46,718 nt of DNA from Minisyncoccia bacterium (GCA_041485695.1 JBGPJZ010000004.1:1-46718), one strand, 5' to 3'; positions 16,345 to 26,523 are shown, counted from the stretch's first letter. Made by a program: numbers and translations. Notes: generated by a model from the sequence alone, not told the origin.

Positions 16345-17438
16345 TTCATCGGCATCACAAGATACAGAAGAGACGCGTCGCCGGTACCGCGCATGAGGAG
16401 AGGCCTCCCTATCCCGCTTGCAGTAAGCGAAACGCTTTGCGCCTCGGCAAGCGAAAAGAACGCCGTGAGGTAGCGGTGATTGAAGGAGAGGTCGATGGCG
16501 CTCCCTGATACCTGTCCTGCGATAGACTCCGTCGACTCCCCGACGTCTGCATTGCGAGAATATAGCGTGAGCGTCTTTTTCTTGGGGTCAAACGATAGTT
16601 TTATCTTTTGAAACGAATCTGAAAAAATCGTGGCGCGTTTGAGGGCAAGTTCAAGATCGCGGCGTAGCACCACCGCTTCAGCGACAGAGTCCTTGGGGAT
16701 AATCTGGCGATAATCCGGGTATACCGCCGCAGTGAGCCGTGTGGTGAGCATTCCGTGCTCGAAAATGAACGCACATTGGTGGTCATCGAAGGAGAGAATC
16801 ACCTCTTCATCAGGGAGTGCCTGGGCTATCTCGAGGGCATTTTTGGCGGGGATAAGGAGCTTACTCTGCACTCCTTTGTTGCCTAATGTAATCTTTTTTT
16901 CCGCAAGGCGGAACGAGTCGGTCGCAACCGCTGTGCAACTTCCACCCTCGACTGAAAGGTAGAGGCTCGCGAGTTCAGGGCGCACTGTCGAGGCAGAGGC
17001 ACAGCTCGCAATCGAAGAAAGGAGGTTTTTGACCGTTATTCCCGGCAACACAACCCTTCCTTTCGGAGACTCCGGGAGAGGAATGATGGGAAAATCTTCA
17101 TAAGGGACGGTTTTTATCGTACTACGCGCAGTACCGCTTTTGAAAATAATAGTGTCCCCGCTTTGTTCAAGAGTCACCTCTCCTTCCCCCGTCTGCGAGA
17201 GAGCAATCTGCTCAAGTACCCGGGCGGGGATAGCGACTACACCCTCTCCTTTGTGGTTTCCGGGTATTTTTAAATCAACTCCCGTTTCAAGATTTGTCGC
17301 TCTAAATTTAATTCCTTCACTCCCGCATAAAATAAGGATTGCTGAGAGGACTGGAAGTGATGCTGATCCTCGTTCAGCAAATCTAGATACTGTATGGACA
17401 GCATCAGAGAATTTCTTCTTTTCTATTGTTAAAATCAT
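16338..17438 (-). CDS. dnaN: DNA polymerase III beta sliding clamp
   Basis: 366 aa; ATNLE, VATDSFRLAE, YPDYRQIIP, YLVMPM; directly downstream of dnaA. Confidence 0.96.
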   Translation of the reverse strand: MILTIEKKKFSDAVHTVSRFAERGSASLPVLSAILILCGSEGIKFRATNLETGVDLKIPGNHKGEGVVAIPARVLEQIALSQTGEGEVTLEQSGDTIIFKSGTARSTIKTVPYEDFPIIPLPESPKGRVVLPGITVKNLLSSIASCASASTVRPELASLYLSVEGGSCTAVATDSFRLAEKKITLGNKGVQSKLLIPAKNALEIAQALPDEEVILSFDDHQCAFIFEHGMLTTRLTAAVYPDYRQIIPKDSVAEAVVLRRDLELALKRATIFSDSFQKIKLSFDPKKKTLTLYSRNADVGESTESIAGQVSGSAIDLSFNHRYLTAFFSLAEAQSVSLTASGIGRPLLMRGTGDASLLYLVMPMNQ

Positions 17439-17550
17439 ACTAAAGATATTAGTGGTGTTGTTAGTGGGGAGAACCAATTACACGCAATACTACAAATGGC
17501 GGTATTGAAAATTCGATTCTCATAAACTGTTGAAAAGAGCAATGAAACTT
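17439..17550. other. Candidate oriC element in the dnaA-dnaN spacer
   Basis: AT-rich; TTTTCAACA (minus, 17528-17536; 1 mismatch to TTWTNCACA); seven consecutive NAN triplets at 17446-17466 (minus). Confidence 0.55.
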
Positions 17551-18900
17551 TCATACCAGAAGAGTCCGGATGTCTTGGATTTCTTTTGCGAGGTCGTTGT
17601 CCACAATCACTTCGCGCTTTATCTTCTCGCAGGAGTGGATAACGGTCGTGTGGTCGCGGCCGCCTAGTTTCGACCCTATGGTTGGGTACGAAACGCTGAA
17701 GTCCTCTCGTAAGAGATACATAATCACTTGCCGAGGCCGTACCACCTCCCTACGACGGGTTTTCTCATAGATGCTTTCTTCGTCGATACCGTAAAACTCC
17801 GCGACTTTTGAGACGACGTTCTTCACCGAGACGTTCTTTTGCGGGCGAGTGAAGGAGCGGAGCGACTGCCGAACCTCGGCGATGTCGGGCGGGGTTCCTT
17901 TTACCTGTGCGTGGCACACAATGCTGTTAATCATCCCCTCAAGCTCGCGTATGGAGCCGGTAGCGGTCGTCGCGAGGTACTCGACCACCTCGTCTGAGAG
18001 CGTAACGCCGTGGAGAGCCGCCTTGCGGCGCGCAATTGACATGCGCGACTCGATGTCCGGCTCGCCTATGTCAACCGTCATCCCGCTTGCGAGCCGGCCG
18101 CGGAGACGCTCGGCGATGTCGGGGATAGCCGCAGGCGGGCGGTCTGATGAAAAAACGATCTGCTTGTTGTTGTCATGAAGGGCGTTAAAAAGATGAAAGA
18201 GCTCTTCTTCGGTCTTTTCCTTCTTCGAAAGGAACTGGACGTCGTCCATGATAAGAAGGTCGTACTGCCGGTATTTGTCTTTGAAACGATTCGCGGTTCC
18301 AGCTCCGACCGAGTCAGTGTAATCAACCACAAATTTTTCGGAGGTGAGATAGAAAGCCTTTCGAGCGGGATACGTTCTCTTAAACTGATTACCGATTGCT
18401 TGGATAAGGTGTGTCTTGCCACGGCCCGTCTCCCCGTAGATGAAGAGTGGATTATACGCGATGCCAGGCCGCGCTATTGCCGCTTGCGATGCCGCGTATG
18501 CGAGATCGTTGAATGAGCCCACCACAAATGAGTCGAAGGTATAGCGAGGATTTAAGTTATCGCTCTTATCGATATAGAATTCATTCAGCGGCAATTCAAT
18601 CGTTGGGCGCGTGCTTTTTTCCATACGCGGGGGTTTACGCCGCTCGTCTTTAACGATCTGATATTCGATATTCCGGAACTCATAGGAGATGCCGCGGACG
18701 ATCTTCAAAAGAAGCATGTTAAATTTCTTCATGTACATATCGCGGAAGAATTGGCTCGGGACGCCGATATAGATGATTCCTTCTTCAACCTTGATGAGGT
18801 GGCTATCGCGGAACCAGGTGTTGAAGTTCGCGGGGGATACCGAAAGCTCAATTTGCGAAAGAACGTGCTCCCACAACTCCCTCGGGTTACTGCGATCCAT
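17551..18900 (-). CDS. dnaA: Chromosomal replication initiator DnaA
   Basis: LNPRYTFDSFVVG, YNPLFIYGETGRGKTHL, DDVQFL, RELEG, GGRDHTTVIHS. Confidence 0.98.
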   Translation of the reverse strand: MDRSNPRELWEHVLSQIELSVSPANFNTWFRDSHLIKVEEGIIYIGVPSQFFRDMYMKKFNMLLLKIVRGISYEFRNIEYQIVKDERRKPPRMEKSTRPTIELPLNEFYIDKSDNLNPRYTFDSFVVGSFNDLAYAASQAAIARPGIAYNPLFIYGETGRGKTHLIQAIGNQFKRTYPARKAFYLTSEKFVVDYTDSVGAGTANRFKDKYRQYDLLIMDDVQFLSKKEKTEEELFHLFNALHDNNKQIVFSSDRPPAAIPDIAERLRGRLASGMTVDIGEPDIESRMSIARRKAALHGVTLSDEVVEYLATTATGSIRELEGMINSIVCHAQVKGTPPDIAEVRQSLRSFTRPQKNVSVKNVVSKVAEFYGIDEESIYEKTRRREVVRPRQVIMYLLREDFSVSYPTIGSKLGGRDHTTVIHSCEKIKREVIVDNDLAKEIQDIRTLLV

Positions 18901-18981
18901 AGTGGCCTATTGTATAAGTCGCAGAGAACGAGCGCAAAGCAACGTATTTCCTTGCTCGTTTGGCCAGACATGTTAATATCA

Positions 18982-18990
18982 TGTGCATAA
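18982..18990 (-). promoter_or_regulatory. DnaA box
   Basis: TTATGCACA, exact match to TTWTNCACA, in the dnaA-rpmH spacer. Confidence 0.7.
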
Positions 18991-19018
18991 CCGGACTATT
19001 TAACCTCTTGACTTTTAC

Positions 19019-19156
19019 ATGGCAAAGCGAACCTATCAACCCAAGAAGAGAAAACGAGCTCGCACCCACGGTTTCCGTACCCGCACAAGCACCGCTTCAG
19101 GGAAGAAGATTCTCCTTAAGCGCCGCCGCCGCGGCCGTGCTCGCCTTTCGGCATAA
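19019..19156 (+). CDS. rpmH: 50S ribosomal protein L34 (not in ORF track)
   Basis: [45 protein letters not shown]; TAATG overlap with rnpA. Confidence 0.97.
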   Translation: MAKRTYQPKKRKRARTHGFRTRTSTASGKKILLKRRRRGRARLSA

Positions 19157-19464
19157 TGTTTCCCCGCCCAAAGAGGCTCGCTCGAAGTGATTTTGGGCCA
19201 GCTCTTGCCGGCCGTAGGCTCTCCTCGCCCCATTTCGGGGTGGTGATACCCCACCATGGTACGGGGTATGCAGTCGTCGTGAGCAAAAAAACTTCCCGGC
19301 TCTCTACGACCCGGCATCTCCTCAAGCGGCGCGTACTCGCGATACTCAGGGGGCTCCCCCTCCCCTCCGCGCTCGTCGTCTTCCCGAAGGCAGGAGCCGT
19401 CGGCCTTACCTTTGCTGAGTTAAAAGTAGAACTATCCGCGCTCGCAAAACGGATTTCGGGGTAG
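19156..19464 (+). CDS. rnpA: Ribonuclease P protein component
   Basis: KRL.RSDF, VVVSKK, RHLLKRR (RNR-motif variant); canonical position after rpmH. Confidence 0.9.
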   Translation: MFPRPKRLARSDFGPALAGRRLSSPHFGVVIPHHGTGYAVVVSKKTSRLSTTRHLLKRRVLAILRGLPLPSALVVFPKAGAVGLTFAELKVELSALAKRISG

Positions 19465-19479
19465 AATAGGTCCTATCCT

Positions 19480-20205
19480 ATGATTTCCGCCTTTTTCAAC
19501 GCGGTTTTTTATAATCCTATCTATAACCTCTTGGTGGCGTTGGTGGCGTTCATCCCCGGAGGCGATGTGGGCGTGGCGGTCATCGTCCTCACCATCCTCA
19601 TCCGGCTCATCCTCCTCCCCTTCTCGCTTTCGGCGGCGCGCACCCAGCGAGCGATGCGAGCCCTTGAACCTAAACTGGCCGAGCTGAAAGAAAAACACAA
19701 AGACAATAAAGAAGAGCACGCGCTAAAAACGCTCGAGCTGTATCGCGCCGAGCGGGTGAATCCGTTTGCGAGCATCCTCACGGTTTTTATCCAGATCCCC
19801 GTTCTGCTCGGTCTCTACTGGGTCTTTAGATATGAGCCTTTTTCAGCCATCGATACCGTACGCCTCTATTTTTTCACCCCGGTGCCCCATGCTATCGGGG
19901 ATTCTCTCTTCGGCCTCGTCCCCATGGCGAGTAAAAGCTTCATCTTGGCGATTCTCGCAGGCGCCGCGCAGTTTCTCCAGGCGCAATTCGCGCTCTCACG
20001 GGCACCAAAGCCTAGCGGTGAAGGCATGCAAGCCGATTTTAATAAAGTGATGGCGATGCAAATGAGGTACGTCTTTCCTCTCCTCATCGGGACAATCGCG
20101 TATACCACCTCTGCGGCAATCGCACTCTACTTTATTACGACGAACTTAGCCGGCGCGCTCCAGGAGTGGTACGTACGGCGCAAATTTGCTGCTACGGGAG
20201 GTTAA
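19480..20205 (+). CDS. yidC: Membrane protein insertase YidC/Oxa1 (short form)
   Basis: LTILIRLILLP, NPFA, IQIPVL, ALYF motifs; synteny with rpmH-rnpA. Confidence 0.93.
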   Translation: MISAFFNAVFYNPIYNLLVALVAFIPGGDVGVAVIVLTILIRLILLPFSLSAARTQRAMRALEPKLAELKEKHKDNKEEHALKTLELYRAERVNPFASILTVFIQIPVLLGLYWVFRYEPFSAIDTVRLYFFTPVPHAIGDSLFGLVPMASKSFILAILAGAAQFLQAQFALSRAPKPSGEGMQADFNKVMAMQMRYVFPLLIGTIAYTTSAAIALYFITTNLAGALQEWYVRRKFAATGG

Positions 20206-21398
20206 AGCTCGTAACTCCAGAGAGAAGCATCGTTCTTATTTCTAAACACAAGCACCGTGCCCGTTGCGTCTATCGCTGGGGCTGTGGTGTCAAGCCCGGC
20301 CTTGGCCTCCTTTTCAAAATCAAGCGTGAGTTCGGCGAAACGTCCGGCGACATCTACCTTCCATATCCGATCAGAGAAAGAAATCGCGCCTTGGTACCAG
20401 TCATCCGGGTAGGCGAACGCGGTCGGGGGGTCTTTAGGCACGCCGCAATACACGGCGCTGTCATCTTTCATCCACACGCATTTATCGACAATGGTTGCGA
20501 TAGGGAGCGGTAGAAGGACTCGTTTTGTCATGTCATAGAGAGCGAGTTTTAATATGCCGTTCGAAGCGTACGAGAAAAGTACCCACTTACCCGAGGGGCT
20601 CGCAAGCGCAACAAGGCCGTTTAAGGGCCCGGCAACCCGTTCGAAATTGCCTGTCGAGTTCACGAGGTAAGCGAAGCCCGCGAGGGTTCCGGAGGGCTTC
20701 GTAAAGGCGAGGTATTGGCCCGTGCCCAAAAAGCTTACGCGAAGCGAAGAGAGGGGCGAGGTGAACACCTGCTTGGCGTTACTCCCATCGGGCTTCGAAA
20801 GCGTCCCGACCGAACCGTTGCCGCCCGAGGCGAGCGTTAAGATGTTGGTGGCTGATACGCCGAGACTCACGATATTCTGGGCAAGAAAGTAGCCGCCCGT
20901 GCCGTTTGCGGGGAGTGCGTAGGTGTTGATGGTGCTTTGGGAGTCTCCAGAGAGGTAGCGAACGTATGCAAGCGAACCATTCGGGAGCCACAAAGCTTCT
21001 TGGATGCCCGGGATTGTTTTATTCGAGGTGCGCGTGAGGCTACCTGCGTGTACGAGGTACTGAAAGACGTTGCCGCTTTGCCGTTCGATATAATGTACAG
21101 CCGTGTCGCCCGCTGGGTCGGTAGTTGAAGCGGCGAACACCACCTCCCCGGATGCAACGGGCCCTTTTGAAATCTCGACGAGGCGTTGGGTCACTTTGGT
21201 GAGCTGCGTTGTGTCAACGGTTTGAGGCGTTTCAGTCTGGATTGGCGTTGTAGTGGTGCCCGCTTGCGGCAGTGTACCGGTCGTATCTTGCGGAGCCACG
21301 ACAATGTTCACTTTATTGGCAAAAAACACGAAGTACACCCCCACCCCTATCCCCGCGAGGACTATCACGACTGCCCCGATAATAAGTAGACGTCGCAT
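20202..21398 (-). CDS. Membrane-anchored extracellular protein, probably beta-propeller-like
   Basis: N-terminal TM, Thr/Pro linker, beta-rich repeats (WLPNGS, SPSGKW), PDDWYQG motif. Confidence 0.75.
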   Translation of the reverse strand: MRRLLIIGAVVIVLAGIGVGVYFVFFANKVNIVVAPQDTTGTLPQAGTTTTPIQTETPQTVDTTQLTKVTQRLVEISKGPVASGEVVFAASTTDPAGDTAVHYIERQSGNVFQYLVHAGSLTRTSNKTIPGIQEALWLPNGSLAYVRYLSGDSQSTINTYALPANGTGGYFLAQNIVSLGVSATNILTLASGGNGSVGTLSKPDGSNAKQVFTSPLSSLRVSFLGTGQYLAFTKPSGTLAGFAYLVNSTGNFERVAGPLNGLVALASPSGKWVLFSYASNGILKLALYDMTKRVLLPLPIATIVDKCVWMKDDSAVYCGVPKDPPTAFAYPDDWYQGAISFSDRIWKVDVAGRFAELTLDFEKEAKAGLDTTAPAIDATGTVLVFRNKNDASLWSYEL

Positions 21399-21399
21399 A

Positions 21400-22380
21400 T
21401 TAGTTGGGGACACAAGTCAGCGTGGTTTCGTAGCAAAGAGCAGCCGCCTTATTCGAGGGTACCGTAATCATTTTGAAATCTGTATCAGAGCAGCTACTTC
21501 CGTAAAATCCTCCATAAAAGTTGTAGTTAAGTACGAATCTGCCCTGCAATAAAGTAGGAGCTTCCTGTAGTTTACCGCCGCTACTCGCACAACCAGCGAT
21601 AAATGTTTGTGTGGCAGCTGCCGAACTTTGCGTTGGCCCCTGTGTTACATTCGGCGTGCCAGATATGCTACTAGGTACTACCCATCGATAGTTGCCAAAA
21701 ACTCCAGACTGGTTTGAAAAAGTATAATATGTAGCAACCGTGCTCGCAGAACAGACCACTGTAAAACTTTCTCCAGATTTGCAACTACCATCTGGATTTT
21801 TCGTTCCACTACATTGTTCAGTAATTTTTTGGGTGAGGTTATTAGAACAGGAATGATTCGTGGCGTCTGCGCTTGTGGCGCACACCGCTGTCTGCAAGTA
21901 CGGGCCGTTTGCTCCCGTGTTACAGCCAGTTGCTGGAGCCGCAGGAGCCGAAGCATTTCCATCCGAACTATTATTTGAGCCAGTGCCGCTCGGGAGGGCA
22001 ATGGTTTGCCAATTGACGGAGAGGTTCAAGATGCTCGGGTTGATGATGGAGAAGACGAGAACAGGTAGGAGGACGAGGATGAGGCCAAGGATGGCCTGCT
22101 GGATTTTTGCTTTGCCTTCGCTCTTGCTGCTGATGTTATCGGTGGTCGCGTATTCAAGGCCGCCCCAGATGATCATGACTACCGCCGCTGCGGCGGCAAC
22201 GCCAATCAGTATTTTGTAGAGGTTATTGAGAAACACCGCCATGTTCGACTGCGGCTGTTGGTCGGTGAGCCCCGGGATAGGCGCAAGTGGCACGAATTGA
22301 CCGCCAGCAGACGATTGAGCCAAAGAAATTGCTGGCAAGAGGAGGAGTATAAAAAGCAAGATGATGCGGAATTTTTTCAT
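21400..22380 (-). CDS. VirB2/TrbC-like pilin domain with Cys-rich C-terminal extension
   Basis: Signal peptide, two hydrophobic helices (..MIIWGGLEY...K..I..AILGL..INP), then a Ser/Thr/Cys-rich tail. Confidence 0.8.
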   Translation of the reverse strand: MKKFRIILLFILLLLPAISLAQSSAGGQFVPLAPIPGLTDQQPQSNMAVFLNNLYKILIGVAAAAAVVMIIWGGLEYATTDNISSKSEGKAKIQQAILGLILVLLPVLVFSIINPSILNLSVNWQTIALPSGTGSNNSSDGNASAPAAPATGCNTGANGPYLQTAVCATSADATNHSCSNNLTQKITEQCSGTKNPDGSCKSGESFTVVCSASTVATYYTFSNQSGVFGNYRWVVPSSISGTPNVTQGPTQSSAAATQTFIAGCASSGGKLQEAPTLLQGRFVLNYNFYGGFYGSSCSDTDFKMITVPSNKAAALCYETTLTCVPN

Positions 22381-23354
22381 AAGCCGAAGAGATTACTGCT
22401 CGCGGCACCAAAGATAATTAAAAGAGCAGCAGTCGCGTCGTCGGCGCTATCCCCGCTGCTCGCAGTCGCTGAAAGCGAAGCCCTCCCCTGCCCAGAGCCT
22501 TGGGGCCGGAGGGTTATAGCTCCGCCCGATTGGGCTGCCGAACCGTTCAAGAACCAGTGGATGGCGGGGGCTCCTTGCGCGAGTGAAAGCGAATAAGGCA
22601 CTGCGGCGATGGTGGCCTCGCTCCCGGATATCGCATAGGTGCCGGCCAAGGTGTGATCGTAGAGAATGCCTTGGAGCGGGTCATTGACGTAGAGACGCAA
22701 GGCGCCGCTGTGCGGCGAGAGGGCGGTCGAGTCGCCGCCTACCAGTGAGCCACCTCTGCTTTGCACGACCACTGATGCGGTCTGCGTGCGATACGTGAGC
22801 GGCACGGGGAGCACGACAGAGGTTTTACCGATGCCGGATGCGGAGACGAGCGTTGTCCCGTCTACGCTCCATGTATACGAGAGTGTCTCAGGATCTATGC
22901 GTGTGGCAGGAGTCGTACGAAAGTCAGCGACGGCCACGAGCCGTACGGTACCGCTTTGGGGTACGAGTGCGCGCCCCGGGTACAAGGGCGGATGTGATGC
23001 AGAAGGTTCGACCACGAGAGAGACGCTTTGCGGGTCAAGAGTAACTGTCTTGCTCGCGCTCTGCCCTACCGAGCTTATGGTCGCTCGGATGGTCGTCGTG
23101 AGGCCTGCGCCCCCGAGCGTGACCGAGACAGGCCCCGCATCCCCCGAATAGGTTTGCTTGCCGTTTACCGACACGGTCATGGTGCTATTGGCGAGGTCGA
23201 GCTGCGTGCTTTGCGGTGAGATAAGGACCACCCCTCCTGGTTGCGGGTATTGCGGCGAAAGAGAGAGCGAGAGCGGCTCTGACGTACTGATATTGAACTG
23301 TGCAGAGGCGACAGCCGGGAGGAGAAGCGCGAGCGCCATGAGAGCTACCTTCAT
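22377..23354 (-). CDS. Secreted beta-rich (Ig-like) protein of the T4SS-like cluster
   Basis: Signal peptide (ASA/Q); PQYPQPG, PPLYPGRAL, YTWSVDG, WFLNG. Confidence 0.75.
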   Translation of the reverse strand: MKVALMALALLLPAVASAQFNISTSEPLSLSLSPQYPQPGGVVLISPQSTQLDLANSTMTVSVNGKQTYSGDAGPVSVTLGGAGLTTTIRATISSVGQSASKTVTLDPQSVSLVVEPSASHPPLYPGRALVPQSGTVRLVAVADFRTTPATRIDPETLSYTWSVDGTTLVSASGIGKTSVVLPVPLTYRTQTASVVVQSRGGSLVGGDSTALSPHSGALRLYVNDPLQGILYDHTLAGTYAISGSEATIAAVPYSLSLAQGAPAIHWFLNGSAAQSGGAITLRPQGSGQGRASLSATASSGDSADDATAALLIIFGAASSNLFGL

Positions 23355-23384
23355 CTCTCTTAGTATATAGCCACTAGGCCTGGG

Positions 23385-24053
23385 CTACGCAGCCCTCGAT
23401 AGTTGTTCGGGGATTTCTTCGTTATCGTTTGCGGCTGCCTGTGTTTGAGCAAACGCTAGTGCTTGAACTGCCTGACCCTGCATAATCTGCGCTTGTCGCA
23501 CCTGGTTTTGCTCCTCGAGTTGTTGTGCGTTCGCAGCCTTCCAATTTTTGAGCTCTTCGCGGTCGGCCTTGAGTTGGTCCGCGACGATGCGCCAGGCCGA
23601 AATGGAGAGCGTCGGGAGCAAGTTGACAAACGGGACCATACTCGCAATCCACCCGAGTCCCATCCATAAGATGCTGCTGTTTTTCTTCCAGGGCTGGATT
23701 TTGCAAAAGATCCAGAACCATATCGCCATGAAAAGTCCGCCGGCAAAGCCGATGACCATCGCCATGAGGATGCCGAACGCTTCAATGACCCCTGCGATTT
23801 CTGGTTGCAGGACCTCAATAGCTACTGTCCCACCCGCGGTGAAGTACCAGACGACGCCGGTAAGCCACGAGGGCACGCCTTTCGATTCGGCGTACATTTT
23901 TGCAGCCTCGGCTGCGATAAACGGGCCGCTGAAGAGGAGAAAGGTGAAAATAAGCTTGAGAAAATCAAAAGTTGCCGCAATCGCGTACGAAACGACTCTC
24001 TTCCACCCCGACATGGCGGGCGTTGGAGGTGATCCTGACGTCATGCCCGCCAT
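23385..24053 (-). CDS. Integral membrane protein with Gln/Ala-rich C-terminal coil
   Basis: Four or more hydrophobic segments, VPFVNLLP motif; directly downstream of the VirB4-like gene. Confidence 0.7.
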   Translation of the reverse strand: MAGMTSGSPPTPAMSGWKRVVSYAIAATFDFLKLIFTFLLFSGPFIAAEAAKMYAESKGVPSWLTGVVWYFTAGGTVAIEVLQPEIAGVIEAFGILMAMVIGFAGGLFMAIWFWIFCKIQPWKKNSSILWMGLGWIASMVPFVNLLPTLSISAWRIVADQLKADREELKNWKAANAQQLEEQNQVRQAQIMQGQAVQALAFAQTQAAANDNEEIPEQLSRAA

Positions 24054-24056
24054 GGG

Positions 24057-25883
24057 TTATCCCGGCTGGTTGCCTTCAGCCGCGAAGCGCGCCTTTTCTG
24101 CTTTGATAGCAAGGAGCTGTGAGGGGTCAGAGGTGATGATTTGGTCTTCAGTATACGAAGCGACGACCTTGATAGCGACGTGCTTCAAGCCTGCGAAAAA
24201 GAGCCCCTCCCCCACCCCGGCCTCGAGGAGGAGGTATTTTTCTTCATCGGTCAGGTTAAACGTTTTTTGCAGTACATCAATCGTGGTCGGCGATTGTTTC
24301 AAGAGGAGCTGGATAGAGGAGTTGGTGAGAATCGGCCGGCCATAGGGAGAAGCAAGGAAGTCCTCGACATCTTGGGTGATGGTTGCAACCCCCAAATAAT
24401 ATTTCCTTCCTCGTTTTGCAACTGAATAGAGAAAGGACGCGGTATCTTCAGATTTCATCATCCACCACGCTTCGTCAACGACAAGGAGGCGCTTTTTGAG
24501 CTCGCGGCGGATGGCATTCCAGATATAGTGCGTGATGACGTACATCGCGATGGGCTTCAACTCATCCTCCATATCGCGGACCGAGAAAACGATGAATTGC
24601 TGATTGATATCGATATTAGTTGCCTGGTTCATAAACCCGGCATAGGTGCCGCGGGTGTATTTTGAGAGGCGTTCGACCAAAGATTCGCTCCCTTCCATCC
24701 CAGCCAAGACGGTCTCAAAATCGGAGAGCAACGGAGGCTCCGCTCCGGTGAAGTCGGTGTCCCCGGTGATGTCTTTGAGGGCATAGGTCTCGCTGATAGC
24801 ACGGTCGACGATGGCGTCTTCTTCAGGCGAGAGGCCGCCGAGCATGATGCGGAAGAGCCCTACGAGCGTAATGATGTTGGTGCGCAGGATGTCTTTCGGG
24901 TCCTCGTCCTCTTTCACGGCAGGCAAGTCGAATGGATTGATGTGGTGCTCGGAGGACAAGGAGATATGAAACGAGCGTCCGCCCGTCGCCTCGGCGAGCT
25001 GTTCGTATTCGCGCTCGGGGTCGATGACGATGACATCGGTGCCGAACATGAGAGTACGCAAGACTTCGAGCTTCATCGCATAGCTCTTGCCCGAGCCCGA
25101 TTTCGCGAACACGACAGAGTTATAGTTCTCAAGGGAGAAACGGTCGAAGAGTATGAGCGAGGAGTTGTGGCGGTTAATGCCGTAGAGGATGCCGCGATCG
25201 CTGGTTAAGTCGAACGAGACGAAGGGGAAGAGCGAGGAGAGAGGCCCTGAGTTGAGCTTAGTATTGACGGCGAGCTCGTCGGTGCCCAAAGGTAGGCATG
25301 AGCGAAAGCCCTGCTCCTGCTGAAAGAGAGCCGGCTTGGTGTAGACGAGCTTGGCATCGAGGATGCCGCGGATGTCGCCCTCGGTCTTGTCGATTTCCTC
25401 TTTCGAGTCGCCATAGAGGGTAAGGTAAAGACCGATATCAAAGAGCTTCTCCTCGGCCTGCTGGAGCTGGTCGCGCAGCGCCTCGATATTTTGATAGCTC
25501 GCATCTAAAAGAGGATCGCGCACGAGCCCGCGCGCTTCACGTTCGCCTATCTGGCTTTGCACCTCAGCGACTTTCTTTTGCAAGGTACGGAGTGCTTGCG
25601 CCGTGTCGACGGGGTGAATGAAGAGCGAGATGTCGAGCACTTTGTCGAGGTTAACGATCGGGGAGAACCACCCGTCAGTAAGGAAGCGCGGGTAGGAGAT
25701 GGTATAAAACGCGCGCGCGAACTTTTCGCCGAGCTCGAGCTCGCGTGAGTTAATCTTAAGCGCCGCGGGCGCTATGGTGTCGACCAAGTCTAAGGAGCCG
25801 CGCTTGTAGATGTCCTTAGGGAGGACAGGCACGATCTGCGGCTCCTCCTCTTTTTTCTTCTTGATGAAATCGAGCAGTGCCAT
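24057..25883 (-). CDS. VirB4/TraC-like ATPase
   Basis: Walker A AKSGSGKS, VIDPEREY, INPFDL, Walker B LLVVDEAW, RGRKY, ITQDV. Confidence 0.9.
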   Translation of the reverse strand: MALLDFIKKKKEEEPQIVPVLPKDIYKRGSLDLVDTIAPAALKINSRELELGEKFARAFYTISYPRFLTDGWFSPIVNLDKVLDISLFIHPVDTAQALRTLQKKVAEVQSQIGEREARGLVRDPLLDASYQNIEALRDQLQQAEEKLFDIGLYLTLYGDSKEEIDKTEGDIRGILDAKLVYTKPALFQQEQGFRSCLPLGTDELAVNTKLNSGPLSSLFPFVSFDLTSDRGILYGINRHNSSLILFDRFSLENYNSVVFAKSGSGKSYAMKLEVLRTLMFGTDVIVIDPEREYEQLAEATGGRSFHISLSSEHHINPFDLPAVKEDEDPKDILRTNIITLVGLFRIMLGGLSPEEDAIVDRAISETYALKDITGDTDFTGAEPPLLSDFETVLAGMEGSESLVERLSKYTRGTYAGFMNQATNIDINQQFIVFSVRDMEDELKPIAMYVITHYIWNAIRRELKKRLLVVDEAWWMMKSEDTASFLYSVAKRGRKYYLGVATITQDVEDFLASPYGRPILTNSSIQLLLKQSPTTIDVLQKTFNLTDEEKYLLLEAGVGEGLFFAGLKHVAIKVVASYTEDQIITSDPSQLLAIKAEKARFAAEGNQPG

Positions 25884-25885
25884 AC

Positions 25886-26521
25886 TTATTCTTCGAGGCG
25901 AATCGGGTTCTCGAGCTCGCCGGGGTTAAACGAGCGATAGAGGAGCTCTATCGTCTCCTCGGTTCCCAAGGGCACCGCGCGTATCCCTGTGCCGGATAAG
26001 CCACCGGCGACGAGCGCGAGGCGCTGCTCGAGCTGTACGCGGGCCTCTTCAAACGAAATAGTATTTGTTTCGGCCGCAGTCTTTTTCCCTCCGAAGAGAC
26101 CCAGCGCTTTTGTGACGCTCGCAGAGGCCCCGCCGGCGTAGGGCACGACGATATAGAACGTCTTGGTCATGATATTAGACTGTTCAGTGAAGCTGCGGAT
26201 GAACGCGATGTACTCGCGGAGCTGTATCCGCAAGAGTTCCGTCTTTTGCCCCTCCATCTTGCCCTCGAGGAGGGCGAGATAAGGGCGGATATCCATGCGG
26301 CGAGAATTGACGAGAATCTGTATTGAAAAGTCGAGCGTGTTAAGGAAAGTCTGGAAGCCGCCGATGATCGCACGCTGCTCGTCGGCACTCTTCAAGCCGA
26401 AGTTAATCGACGAGCACATGAGGATGCCTCGGTAGCCGCCGTCTTTGAGTATGACAACGCCGCCGCGAATCTCTTTGACCGGGACAAACTTTTGCGTCGC
26501 CTGGGGGGCTGCTGTTGCCAT
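25886..26521 (-). CDS. VirB4 N-terminal-like (TraC-associated) protein, 211 aa
   Basis: Start at MATAAP 2 nt after the prgI stop; SINF.LKS..EQ, FLNTLDF.IQI, FYIVVPY, FNP. Confidence 0.75.
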   Translation of the reverse strand: MATAAPQATQKFVPVKEIRGGVVILKDGGYRGILMCSSINFGLKSADEQRAIIGGFQTFLNTLDFSIQILVNSRRMDIRPYLALLEGKMEGQKTELLRIQLREYIAFIRSFTEQSNIMTKTFYIVVPYAGGASASVTKALGLFGGKKTAAETNTISFEEARVQLEQRLALVAGGLSGTGIRAVPLGTEETIELLYRSFNPGELENPIRLEE

Positions 26522-26523
26522 AG

